Source: an uncultured virus (IMG/VR IMGVR_UViG_3300042882_000813) (lineage: Duplodnaviria > Heunggongvirae > Uroviricota > Caudoviricetes). From it: a stretch of 64,000 nt of DNA. Position 1 is the stretch's first letter; every line of letters begins with the position of its first letter. Below are positions 37,064 through 46,085 of this stretch, piece by piece. The translations under genes were made by a program, and so were the position numbers. The stretch is taken from IMG/VR virus record IMGVR_UViG_3300042882_000813; one strand, 5' to 3'. Under the pieces are notes generated by a model. That model was not told the origin of the DNA. It worked only from the letters and a program-made list of their open reading frames with translations, and made no database searches.

Positions 37064-37686
37064 TTAATAATTTGTTTGTTTAATTTTATGATTTGTTTTT
37101 TAAAAAAATCTTGAGCTAAAATTTTTACATCAGAAAACCATTCTTTTTTTCCTTTATCAGTAAAAATAAGACTTTCTTTTGCGTTTTTAATTTGAAGTTG
37201 TCCCCTACCTAAATTACCAATTCTCAACATTTTAATGTCAAATTCCCATACGAATGATACTTTCACATCTTTAATTTTAATAATATTAGATTCAATGTCA
37301 TAAGATACAATAATGTAAATCAATTCTTCATTTTCATTCTCAATTAGGTCTTTTATTTTTTCAATCGCAGTTAAATTCGGCATTGAAAATTTAGCGTCTA
37401 TATTACGCGTCTTTGTATCCAAATAATATTTTACATTTTTTGAAAAAATAGTAACATCCTCGATTGATTTTTTTCCTGAAGATTCAATTGTTTTTGATAT
37501 TAACTCATCATTAATATTCAACATCAAATTAGCAACTGTATTTTCAATCAAATCTCCTATCGTTCTTTGTTGACCCCCATCAACTAACTCAAAATTTTTC
37601 AAATTTTTAAGTAAATAGGTTTGTATTAACTCTTTTACCGGATGATAAATAATAGGTGTTGACTGTGTTTTTGGTTTTGATTCCAT
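37054..37686 (-). CDS. putative type II restriction endonuclease
   Basis: GDLIE...SIEDV...YLDTKT (PD-(D/E)xK-like), overlaps the MTase start; ATG at 37686. Confidence 0.55.
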   Translation of the reverse strand: MESKPKTQSTPIIYHPVKELIQTYLLKNLKNFELVDGGQQRTIGDLIENTVANLMLNINDELISKTIESSGKKSIEDVTIFSKNVKYYLDTKTRNIDAKFSMPNLTAIEKIKDLIENENEELIYIIVSYDIESNIIKIKDVKVSFVWEFDIKMLRIGNLGRGQLQIKNAKESLIFTDKGKKEWFSDVKILAQDFFKKQIIKLNKQIIKWQ

Positions 37687-37726
37687 TTTTTTTATATTAA
37701 AATTAAACATTTCTTTTTCAATAGTC

Positions 37727-37757
37727 AAAAAAAGTCCCTCATTATTGAGAGACTTTT
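37727..37757. terminator. intrinsic terminator after sbcC
   Basis: AAAAAAGTCCCTCA-ttat-TGAGAGACTTTT. Confidence 0.6.
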
Positions 37758-40114
37758 GAAACATTATCTGTTTTTGTGATTTTCACCACCGTATTAGCCC
37801 AATTTGATATCATTGGATTGTGCGAAATTACAAATATTTTTTCAAAGTAGGTCTTTAATTTATCAAAAAATTCTCCAACCATATCAAGATTATCATTCGC
37901 AACTTTACCCCAAACCTCATCGTAAACTGACAATTGTGGTTTTGGTAGTGAACACACTTTAGATAACACCGCTCTGATGGCAAGTGCACCAACTGTCTTC
38001 TCATAACCTGACCCTGATGTGATTGGTCTTTCAATTCCGGTTGAGTTATCAATCATTATGAAATCAACCTCGTTCTTATCATTGATTCGAATTTCCAAGT
38101 TAAATAAACAAGAATCCTGAAGTAACCTTTGAAGTTCTGTGTTAATCACTGGCATCATAGTCTTCATAATAATCTTACTAATACCATTCTTTCCATAAAT
38201 CTCATTGTAGATTTTATAGATTTTTTCTTTCTCGAACTCCTCAGCAATCTTCAATACAAGACCATTGTTCTTTTCAATACGAGCTAATAGGTTTTCAATT
38301 TGATTTTGATTGGTACTTTGAATTCTCTCATACCCTCTCTTTTGACTAATCAATTCATCGATACGAAGATTGGCTTTAATCAACTTGGCATCAATATCGT
38401 TGTTCTGTTTAATCTTATCCTGAACTTCCTCATATCTTGTCAACTTCAATCTTAACGCTTCTAATTTCAACTCGTTTGACTCTAAGGACACCTCGTGTTT
38501 CTCTTTGATAAGTTTGTTTCTCTCATACTCATCAAATTCTTTTTTAAGTTGTGTGTAGGTTTTTTCCTCTTTGTCTAATTCCTCAATTAAATTATTATGA
38601 ATTTTAACTTCTTCTTTCAATCCATCAAGTTCACCGATTTTCTTTTTGGTGATTGATGCATCCATTAACTTAATACCACAATGTTCACATTCGATACCAT
38701 CCCCATACTTCTTAACCATTAACTCAATCTCACTAACTTTATGGTTTGTATTTCCCAATAGAATTTTATGGTTAGTTAGTAATTCTTTAACACCATCGTG
38801 TTTATCCTCATGGTAAAATCCACTTGGTTCAACAATCTTAACGGCATCTATTTGTGATTGAATTGTCTTACTAGTTAACACATGACTATTAATGTCTGCT
38901 TGTAGTTTAACCGGGTCCAAGATAATAAGTTCTTGACTTAAATCACTATGTTTTGAATTTAATAATCCATCTTTATAATCTTGACCCTTCTTTAAAGAGT
39001 TATCAACTTCATCAATACTATTGGTTGCGGTTTGAATCTCCTCTTTTAATCTTGTAATCTCAGTTGTTGAACTTTCATTATCTTGTTTTAAGGTTTCCGT
39101 ATTATAAACATTGGATATCATTCCTTTTGAGAACTCTGAGTAGATTTCTTTTCCGGTTTCTTCTTTCTTTTTTAAGAACTCTAATCCCAAGAACCTTGAT
39201 AATACCTGACCTCTTGCCGTTGGTTTTGATTCCAATAAGTCCTCCAAATTAGATGCAGTAGTTAAGATGGTCATTAAGAAGTCATCCATTGTTCCAATAG
39301 ACCTTTTCATGAACGCTTCAGTTTCTCTTCTTTGTTCACCGGTAAAATTCTGTAATTGACCATCAGCTAGTTTCTTAAAGAACTCCAACTCTGTCTTCAC
39401 ATTCCATTCACCAGCTTTAGACATCTTTCTCTCAATTTGACGAGCAATGATATACTCCTCACCATCAATAAGAATGTCTCCTCGAACACTAACTTTATTC
39501 TTGTCAGTAAACCTATTAAAGATTTCTTCCGCCTTCTGTGTCTTGGTTGTTGTGTTGAAGAATAAGAACAATAGTAAATCCACAGTTAGAACTGTTTTAC
39601 CCCCAAAGTTTGGTGGGTCAGATTCAACCACGGTAATTCCCTCACACTTATCAAAATCAATCACTTGATTTTCACCATAAGATAAGAAATTACTGAATTC
39701 AATTTTCTTGATGTACCATTTCTTAAATGGAGTTACCTCAACCTCGTTGGCTGCCATTCGGTTCTCAACCATCCCATCAATACCCATCACTTGGTCCAAG
39801 TATTGTTCTTGTCCCTTACTCTCAAGTAATGACTTGATAAGTTCTTTTTGATAGTTCTTATCCATGATATTCACGGACACATCAATCGTTTGTTGGGTGT
39901 CTTCAGTCGTTTTAACCTTCGTAATTACGTTAACATTGGTTGAGTTGTATTTCTTTGAGAAATATTGTTTTGCCGACTTAATCCTCTCTTGAGTAAAGTT
40001 TTCCGGTGTGTCCTCCCAAACGACTTGAATGTACGGGTTATCTAATGTATCCACATCTAAATTGTGTTGCATTTCTTTTAAATTAAAAATTGGTGGTGGA
40101 TTGAATAAATCCAT
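37742..40114 (-). CDS. sbcC: SbcC/Rad50/gp46-like SMC ATPase
   Basis: IEFSNFLSYG, Walker A NFGGKT, zinc hook CEHCG, signature SGYEK, Walker B VYDE, VISH. Confidence 0.9.
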   Translation of the reverse strand: MDLFNPPPIFNLKEMQHNLDVDTLDNPYIQVVWEDTPENFTQERIKSAKQYFSKKYNSTNVNVITKVKTTEDTQQTIDVSVNIMDKNYQKELIKSLLESKGQEQYLDQVMGIDGMVENRMAANEVEVTPFKKWYIKKIEFSNFLSYGENQVIDFDKCEGITVVESDPPNFGGKTVLTVDLLLFLFFNTTTKTQKAEEIFNRFTDKNKVSVRGDILIDGEEYIIARQIERKMSKAGEWNVKTELEFFKKLADGQLQNFTGEQRRETEAFMKRSIGTMDDFLMTILTTASNLEDLLESKPTARGQVLSRFLGLEFLKKKEETGKEIYSEFSKGMISNVYNTETLKQDNESSTTEITRLKEEIQTATNSIDEVDNSLKKGQDYKDGLLNSKHSDLSQELIILDPVKLQADINSHVLTSKTIQSQIDAVKIVEPSGFYHEDKHDGVKELLTNHKILLGNTNHKVSEIELMVKKYGDGIECEHCGIKLMDASITKKKIGELDGLKEEVKIHNNLIEELDKEEKTYTQLKKEFDEYERNKLIKEKHEVSLESNELKLEALRLKLTRYEEVQDKIKQNNDIDAKLIKANLRIDELISQKRGYERIQSTNQNQIENLLARIEKNNGLVLKIAEEFEKEKIYKIYNEIYGKNGISKIIMKTMMPVINTELQRLLQDSCLFNLEIRINDKNEVDFIMIDNSTGIERPITSGSGYEKTVGALAIRAVLSKVCSLPKPQLSVYDEVWGKVANDNLDMVGEFFDKLKTYFEKIFVISHNPMISNWANTVVKITKTDNVSKVSQ

Positions 40115-40120
40115 AGTTTA

Positions 40121-40315
40121 TTATTGTGATACTAAATCAACATTTTGAGTGTTTCCGCTTTGAGCTTGCTCTTCTGCATATTTTCTTTTCAACTCTTCCA
40201 TTTGTTGAGTCATTATTTTTTGGAAAGCATTTTTCTGACCTTTAATAGTCTGATTTCTTTGTTGAACTTTCTTTGCGTGAGTCTTAGTTCCTCCTCTTTT
40301 TTTTGATGTTGGCAT
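40121..40315 (-). CDS. hypothetical basic protein
   Basis: 64-aa ORF. Confidence 0.65.
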   Translation of the reverse strand: MPTSKKRGGTKTHAKKVQQRNQTIKGQKNAFQKIMTQQMEELKRKYAEEQAQSGNTQNVDLVSQ

Positions 40316-40338
40316 ATTTGTATTTATTTAATTAATTT

Positions 40339-40683
40339 TTATTTTCGGTTTTCTTCGTACCATTCCACGATTGCATTGATTGCCCATACCGCACCTGATG
40401 CTAACATACCATCAAAGAACCATGAACCCCAACTTGAAATTCCTAACATCTCGTGTACCGGAGAATATACAAAAAATCCAAGAAAGAATCCAACCCAAGT
40501 TGAACAACACATCATACAGATTAATATTCCTGAGACGAAATTAAAAAATCCGTTAAAGGGCATTACTTTATCATCCCCCATTTCTTTTATAAATTTTCGA
40601 GTACCGTTAAAGATACTTCCGTAAACAAGGATGTTGGTCATTCCATAAGCCATTACCATCCAAAGTAATAATTGTGTTATCAT
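40339..40683 (-). CDS. membrane protein, DUF1360-like (CxxC-S-x-W)
   Basis: LICMMCCSTWVG within TM helices. Confidence 0.65.
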   Translation of the reverse strand: MITQLLLWMVMAYGMTNILVYGSIFNGTRKFIKEMGDDKVMPFNGFFNFVSGILICMMCCSTWVGFFLGFFVYSPVHEMLGISSWGSWFFDGMLASGAVWAINAIVEWYEENRK

Positions 40684-40686
40684 ATT

Positions 40687-41502
40687 TTATTTATTATAAA
40701 GTTTATCGTCCAAATTTGAACCTTTTAAGTACATTGCTTTAGTCCCTTCATTAAACTTTTGTATATCTTGGATAGTCTTCTCGTATTCCTTAATCAACTT
40801 ATCTTTTTCGATATTATCAAGTTTCAATTTTTGAACTGTGTTTTGGAGAGCATCTAACTTAGGTTTTAATTTATTGTCGGATGTCTCTTTTTCAACAATA
40901 ACCTCTTTAATCACTTCAATTTCTTTAATTACTTCAACTTCTTTGATTATCTCAACCGGAACTTCTTTAATCACTTCCTTAATTGTTTCGACTATTTTGG
41001 GTGGTTGATTTTCCAACTGTTGTATTTTTAACAACAATTCATTAACTTGAGTATCATCTGAGACTTTAACAATCTTTTCAACAACTTTCTCAACTGGCAC
41101 TTCTTTGATGACTTCTTGAATCACCACTCTCTCAACGGGAACCTCTTTGGTCACCTCAACAATCTTCTCAACCACCCTGTCAACGGGAACTTCTTTAATT
41201 ACCTCAACTATCTTTTCTACCGGAATCTCTTTTACCACTTCAACAAGTTTCTCAACATCAACATATTCGATTTTGACAACTTCTTTTTCTTCAACAACAG
41301 GAACCTCAACGTATTTGATAACTTCTTTGATAACTTCTTTCTCAATAACATTCCCTGAACCTGACAATAGTCCATACTTTTCAATTTTGAACCCCTCCAA
41401 ATAAGAACTCTTCAATATCGTTTCAGGTTCGAAATTGTTGAGTTTACAATAACTTAATAAGTCCTTGTGTTCTTTGGAAGTTAGTTCAAGATTGATATTC
41501 AT
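40687..41502 (-). CDS. V/E/K/P-repeat protein (alveolin/articulin-like repeats)
   Basis: Repeated (K/E)EVPVEKIVEV units, then a coiled coil. Confidence 0.75.
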   Translation of the reverse strand: MNINLELTSKEHKDLLSYCKLNNFEPETILKSSYLEGFKIEKYGLLSGSGNVIEKEVIKEVIKYVEVPVVEEKEVVKIEYVDVEKLVEVVKEIPVEKIVEVIKEVPVDRVVEKIVEVTKEVPVERVVIQEVIKEVPVEKVVEKIVKVSDDTQVNELLLKIQQLENQPPKIVETIKEVIKEVPVEIIKEVEVIKEIEVIKEVIVEKETSDNKLKPKLDALQNTVQKLKLDNIEKDKLIKEYEKTIQDIQKFNEGTKAMYLKGSNLDDKLYNK

Positions 41503-41801
41503 TTTAATTTTCTTTTTGGTGTTGGTTCGTAATAATCATTATCAAAGTCCGGAACGATTTCAGGGTTATATTCAATACCCGTCTCATAGTTGTTTCCAAT
41601 CCAAATATTATATCTCTCAATATAAGTTAATTCTTCACAACAATCTTCACCCCACCTTTGATAGAACTCGTCATCAGTTAACAATTTCTTTACGAACTCA
41701 CCTCTTGTAGGTGGTAAATTGTCTTTATCAACGACATTATTTTCATAAAACCATTTGGTATACCTTTGACCCGCCTGTTCAATACAATTATTTTCCACCA
41801 T
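41499..41801 (-). CDS. hypothetical protein
   Basis: 100-aa ORF. Confidence 0.65.
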   Translation of the reverse strand: MVENNCIEQAGQRYTKWFYENNVVDKDNLPPTRGEFVKKLLTDDEFYQRWGEDCCEELTYIERYNIWIGNNYETGIEYNPEIVPDFDNDYYEPTPKRKLK

Positions 41802-42573
41802 TTACTAGTTTTTCCGTTCCCTTTTCAATACAATCAAATGAGTCCATACGGAACGATAAGAATGGTTTTGGGTTAGGTAAATCAACAAAGTCATATTGGT
41901 CTTTATCAATCTCATAAACTCCGTACCCATGTTTATTTACGGTCTCACCAAAGTTTTGTTGAATGGTTGAACCAATCATATACGCTTTCTTTCCACCCGG
42001 AATATCAAACACTTGTCTCTTGTGGATATCACCACATAATACAAGGTCACACCCATCAAACTTACTTACCTCAAACCCATCTTCAAATTTAAACCCGATG
42101 TCGGTGTATAACCCTTGAATAGGTCCATGAAATAATCCAATGTTCTTGTTCTCTGATTTGTTAATGTCCGGTGGAATGTTATGTTCCATTAAAGAATAAA
42201 CACACCAATTCACGTTATCATCAGGATAAACCCCACGATTCTTTAAATAGACAATATTGTCGTTCTTTAGTGAATCAATGATTGGTGTTAACGCATCCAA
42301 TCTCGCATTATTGTTCTCAAGGAAATCATGATTCCCAATAATAACAATAGTTTTGGCTATCTTGGAACATTCCGTTAATATCCAAGCGACGAACTCAACC
42401 AATTCAGGTGTCATTTGGTTCTTGGAATGAACCAAGTCACCAGTGAACACAATTCGGTCCGGTTGTAATGTTTTCCATTCACTTAAGGCAGATTCAAGGA
42501 TTCCACGATATAAATCGTGGTCCTTGAATAACCTGACGTGTAAATCAGAAAAATGTACTAATCTGTTTATCAT
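41788..42573 (-). CDS. sbcD: SbcD/Mre11/gp47-like metallophosphoesterase (nuclease subunit)
   Basis: SDLH, GDLVH, GNHD, FHG, GDIH, GSTIQQNFGE. Confidence 0.9.
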   Translation of the reverse strand: MINRLVHFSDLHVRLFKDHDLYRGILESALSEWKTLQPDRIVFTGDLVHSKNQMTPELVEFVAWILTECSKIAKTIVIIGNHDFLENNNARLDALTPIIDSLKNDNIVYLKNRGVYPDDNVNWCVYSLMEHNIPPDINKSENKNIGLFHGPIQGLYTDIGFKFEDGFEVSKFDGCDLVLCGDIHKRQVFDIPGGKKAYMIGSTIQQNFGETVNKHGYGVYEIDKDQYDFVDLPNPKPFLSFRMDSFDCIEKGTEKLVNGGK

Positions 42574-42809
42574 TAGTCTTTAATTAAAGTTTTTTCTTGT
42601 TCTTCAAATGGGTTAAACCCTTTGTTTACGTGTCCACAAGATTCACATTTGTAAATCGGGAATGGTACGGTTGTGTCTTCAGGTGACCCGGTCATTAGTT
42701 TAGGGACTCTCTTTAGATAGATAACCTCTCTAAAGTAAATTCCATCACATGAGTCACATTTTATCGTAGGACACTCTTTTAAATTAATCTTTGGTTGTTG
42801 TAATTCCAT
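42573..42809 (-). CDS. small zinc-ribbon protein
   Basis: CDSC...CESCG; ATG at 42809. Confidence 0.75.
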   Translation of the reverse strand: MELQQPKINLKECPTIKCDSCDGIYFREVIYLKRVPKLMTGSPEDTTVPFPIYKCESCGHVNKGFNPFEEQEKTLIKD

Positions 42810-43671
42810 ATTGTTTTGTATTAAGTTTTTCAAGGAAAATATCAATGTTCTCCTTTAGATTAGAAATATACGAAGGTTCTACCGATTGTTCAAGTTTTTC
42901 CAAGCTATCTTTTAATAAATCAAAATCTAATTTTTTTAATGTACCACTAAATGAATTGATATTATCAATTGATTGTTTTATTTTTTTATAAGTAACAAAC
43001 TTTAACCTATAAATGGTTACCATTTTAAGAAGTGTCTCATCACTCCAACCACCACTCGTAATTAACTTATCTTGACAAGTACTATCTGATGTATTATAAA
43101 TTTCAATTGCACTTGTTATCCCGACGTTATTCCAATTAGAATAAAACGCCAACTTTCGATATTGAGGAGTCGTTTTATCTGTTTTATCAATTAAATAAGC
43201 AAGTAAGGCGTTTCTAGTATAATTGTTAAACGTCGCAGGATTGTTTTTTGAGGCAGTACACCATCTCGTATTGGAACCATATTTTAACGAACCTTTATGA
43301 GTTTTTGGGATAACGAAAAGAGTTTCATCATCTTCATATAAAACTTCAATATGGTCCACCCTATCAAATGTCTTTGAGTCTTTTTCTTCTTCGGCAACAT
43401 TTACAACATTTTTTAACACGTTAATGTTAAAATAACTTTTATGGTAAATGTCTTTCTCAATAATATATGGTAAAAGACTATCGAATTTCTTAACCAAGTC
43501 AATCAAATTATCTATTGTTCTAACACACGCGTTATTGGCTCTATTACTCCAAGTTTTTAATAAAAATTCCGCATATTTTTTTGTCGGAGTTTCGTCTCCG
43601 TTAACTAATCGGTTAAAGCTATCAGGTTTTAAACTGGAATACTTAACTCTTAAATCATCAATTTTTGACAT
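42784..43671 (-). CDS. 'T[KR]WCT'-domain protein 3 (no leader)
   Basis: SLKYGSNTRWCTAS; follows a host-type promoter. Confidence 0.85.
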   Translation of the reverse strand: MSKIDDLRVKYSSLKPDSFNRLVNGDETPTKKYAEFLLKTWSNRANNACVRTIDNLIDLVKKFDSLLPYIIEKDIYHKSYFNINVLKNVVNVAEEEKDSKTFDRVDHIEVLYEDDETLFVIPKTHKGSLKYGSNTRWCTASKNNPATFNNYTRNALLAYLIDKTDKTTPQYRKLAFYSNWNNVGITSAIEIYNTSDSTCQDKLITSGGWSDETLLKMVTIYRLKFVTYKKIKQSIDNINSFSGTLKKLDFDLLKDSLEKLEQSVEPSYISNLKENIDIFLEKLNTKQYGITTTKD

Positions 43672-43693
43672 ATTGTTTGGTTTATATTGACGA

Positions 43694-43725
43694 CAAAGGT
43701 AAATAAAGTTTTTTACTTGGCCAAA
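43694..43725 (-). promoter_or_regulatory. Bacteroidota-type promoter
   Basis: TTTG-N20-TACCTTTG. Confidence 0.65.
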
Positions 43726-44558
43726 TATTTTTTCATATCCATTTCCAAAGTCGTTGTAATAACCTCTTTTGGTACTCGGTATTCATCAAACTCGGCAGTC
43801 TCTTTCAAGTGTGTTACAATACAACCATACAATTTAATGTTTTCATATTTGGTCCCTTGTAACATTTTGATAAGTAATTTCCCATATAAAGGTAATTGGA
43901 CGAAGTAGTGACCTAATGCAATATCAGGTTGTTTTTGATATGGTTCCAACATTCTTTTGGTATACCTTGTTTCCAAGAAGTTCTTTGGTTTGTTCGTTTT
44001 CCAATCGGTAATTACCAAACCAAACTCATTTTGATGAATGTTCATAATCAACCATACCTTATCGGGTTGTCCGGTGTATCCAAGTTCCGGGTCACCCAAT
44101 ACCATCTCAGTATCAAGTAGAACCGCACCTCGTTGTTCCATTAAGTTAAGGAAGTTTTTACCGGCAGTAATCATATTATCCCCCTTGAATATCTGTGTAT
44201 TATCACATTCAAAAACTGGTTGTCTAACTTCTTTGTAAGACCCATTTCGGTCAATAACTTCTTTTTCAAGGACAAAGTGAACTCTACTACCCATATTGGT
44301 TGAGTAGGTTCCGGCTGCCGCCCACTCCTCAATCAATTCTTGTTGTTTTTGTGGGTCACCCTTAGCTTTATTATACGCTGCTTGTTCCGTCGGGAACTCC
44401 GTATAAAATTTCTTTAGTACTTTAGACACAGAAGGATAATCCGTCTTACCATTCATGGTATAGATGTGATTATCCTCTTCAAAAGTAAGACCTAATTCTT
44501 GTTGTCTTTGACTAATTAGTTCTCGTATTTCTTGTGCAATAGTTTTTAATTCTATCAT
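43713..44558 (-). CDS. PD-(D/E)xK exonuclease (lambda-exo/Cas4-like)
   Basis: SVSKVL, GSRVH, TE...GQPD...DWKT...QLPLY. Confidence 0.85.
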   Translation of the reverse strand: MIELKTIAQEIRELISQRQQELGLTFEEDNHIYTMNGKTDYPSVSKVLKKFYTEFPTEQAAYNKAKGDPQKQQELIEEWAAAGTYSTNMGSRVHFVLEKEVIDRNGSYKEVRQPVFECDNTQIFKGDNMITAGKNFLNLMEQRGAVLLDTEMVLGDPELGYTGQPDKVWLIMNIHQNEFGLVITDWKTNKPKNFLETRYTKRMLEPYQKQPDIALGHYFVQLPLYGKLLIKMLQGTKYENIKLYGCIVTHLKETAEFDEYRVPKEVITTTLEMDMKKYLAK

Positions 44559-44568
44559 ATTTTTTTTA

Positions 44569-45483
44569 TTATTTTATTTCGTAATAGTATTCGTCAATCT
44601 GACCTTTTAAGTCCGCAACGTCCATATCTTTAGGTGGTTTAATTATTTTAATCTTATTGTATAATCTTCCCCCATTTAATTCATGATATAATTTGAAAGC
44701 ATCATCCCAAGCGTCCTCATCTAAACAAATAATAATCTTACCTAACGCATTTTCATATAGAGTCTCGAATAATAATGAACTCATTTTCTTACCTAACATA
44801 GCAATTGAATTATCTAAAAAGAACCCATCAAACGCTCCTTCAACCAAATAAACATCTTTAAACCAATCTATCCTACTTTCGTTGAATATGATTTCATCTT
44901 TAGCGGCAGTAGGGTTTTTATACTTCATCTTATTTGGAACCCATGAACGAGCAATAAAATAGTTTAACCTATTGTTTTTATCAAATGATGGTACGATAAC
45001 TCTATAAGCAAATTCACCACTCACGGTATATCCTATTTGGTATTTCTCAATAATCTCATCCGTAATACCTCGAGATTTCAAATATCGATAAGCTTCAGCG
45101 TGTGGTATAAATCTTGGATTGGAGTCTTTAAATTGAGTGTACCCCTCCGGAAGTTTTAATTGAGTTTTCTTGGCCTCTTGAACTTTTAACTCCTCAGGTT
45201 TTATTAAGTTATAAACCTTTTTCTGTTCTTTTGTTCCATGTTTATCAAACAGTCGGCCTAATGGACCTTGGGTACCTTCTGATTCACCACAAACCCAACA
45301 TTTATAAACGTGTTTACTATAGTTGATTTCCAAGTTTCCTTTACCATCACCCTTATCTAAACCTTTCTCATTCGCACAGACAGGACAGTCAAAAGAAATT
45401 TGTGCTTTTGACTCATAATGATTTTTGGCTTTACCTAACACATCGGTTAGTAAATCAACTAATACCTCAACTTCTTCATCCAT
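44569..45483 (-). CDS. DNA primase (DnaG-type)
   Basis: Zn finger CPVC...CWVC, YLKSRGI, TOPRIM VEGAFD...LDED. Confidence 0.9.
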   Translation of the reverse strand: MDEEVEVLVDLLTDVLGKAKNHYESKAQISFDCPVCANEKGLDKGDGKGNLEINYSKHVYKCWVCGESEGTQGPLGRLFDKHGTKEQKKVYNLIKPEELKVQEAKKTQLKLPEGYTQFKDSNPRFIPHAEAYRYLKSRGITDEIIEKYQIGYTVSGEFAYRVIVPSFDKNNRLNYFIARSWVPNKMKYKNPTAAKDEIIFNESRIDWFKDVYLVEGAFDGFFLDNSIAMLGKKMSSLLFETLYENALGKIIICLDEDAWDDAFKLYHELNGGRLYNKIKIIKPPKDMDVADLKGQIDEYYYEIK

Positions 45484-45500
45484 TCTCTAAGTATAAGAAA

Positions 45501-45662
45501 TTATTTTGATTTATCATAAAAGTCCCAATCCGCAATATGTTTTTTCCACCATTGTTTCAAACGACTACTATCATCAAGTTTTTCAATTTTATTACCGATT
45601 GGTATTATTAAAATACACCATAGGGTTGCAATACCCCAAATTATAAAAAAAGCTATATCCAT
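45501..45662 (-). CDS. small membrane protein (53 aa; not in the ORF track)
   Basis: MDIAFFIIWGIATLWCILIIPIGNKIEKLDDSSRLKQWWKKHIADWDFYDKSK*; fills the intergenic gap. Confidence 0.65.
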   Translation of the reverse strand: MDIAFFIIWGIATLWCILIIPIGNKIEKLDDSSRLKQWWKKHIADWDFYDKSK

Positions 45663-46030
45663 TTTATTGTTTTTATTGAGTTCACATATTTAATTTTAAC
45701 ATCAAAATATACCATGTGGTTATTAATATCTTTAAGTAACTGACTTCTTAAGAATCTACCAAGTCTAACCCGTGAAATATGATACCGGTCACTATTTTTA
45801 ACATCTGCAGTAAACCATTCATCAGGACGAATGGAAGAAAGACCCGCCTCTATCTCACCTTTAAATACCACATCAACCTCAACATAACCGGTACTTGGTG
45901 GACTATTATAAACCCTATACCCTGTAATAGAAAAGACACCCCTATGTCGTTCACCAACTGTAGGAATGTCTTTTGAAAACTTTAAAATTGTTTTTCGAAG
46001 ATTTTTAGTGTCAATGTCCTTTCTAATCAT
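45653..46030 (-). CDS. hypothetical protein
   Basis: 125-aa ORF after a host-type promoter. Confidence 0.7.
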   Translation of the reverse strand: MIRKDIDTKNLRKTILKFSKDIPTVGERHRGVFSITGYRVYNSPPSTGYVEVDVVFKGEIEAGLSSIRPDEWFTADVKNSDRYHISRVRLGRFLRSQLLKDINNHMVYFDVKIKYVNSIKTIKWI

Positions 46031-46053
46031 TACCTTAACTTTAATTTGTCAAG

Positions 46054-46085
46054 CAAAGATATAACATTTTTTCTAATCTACCAAA
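46054..46085 (-). promoter_or_regulatory. Bacteroidota-type promoter
   Basis: TTTG-N20-TATCTTTG. Confidence 0.65.

Noticed and set aside
43713..44558. Cas4 of a CRISPR system
   Set aside because: No Fe-S cysteine set and no cas context; it sits in the replication operon.
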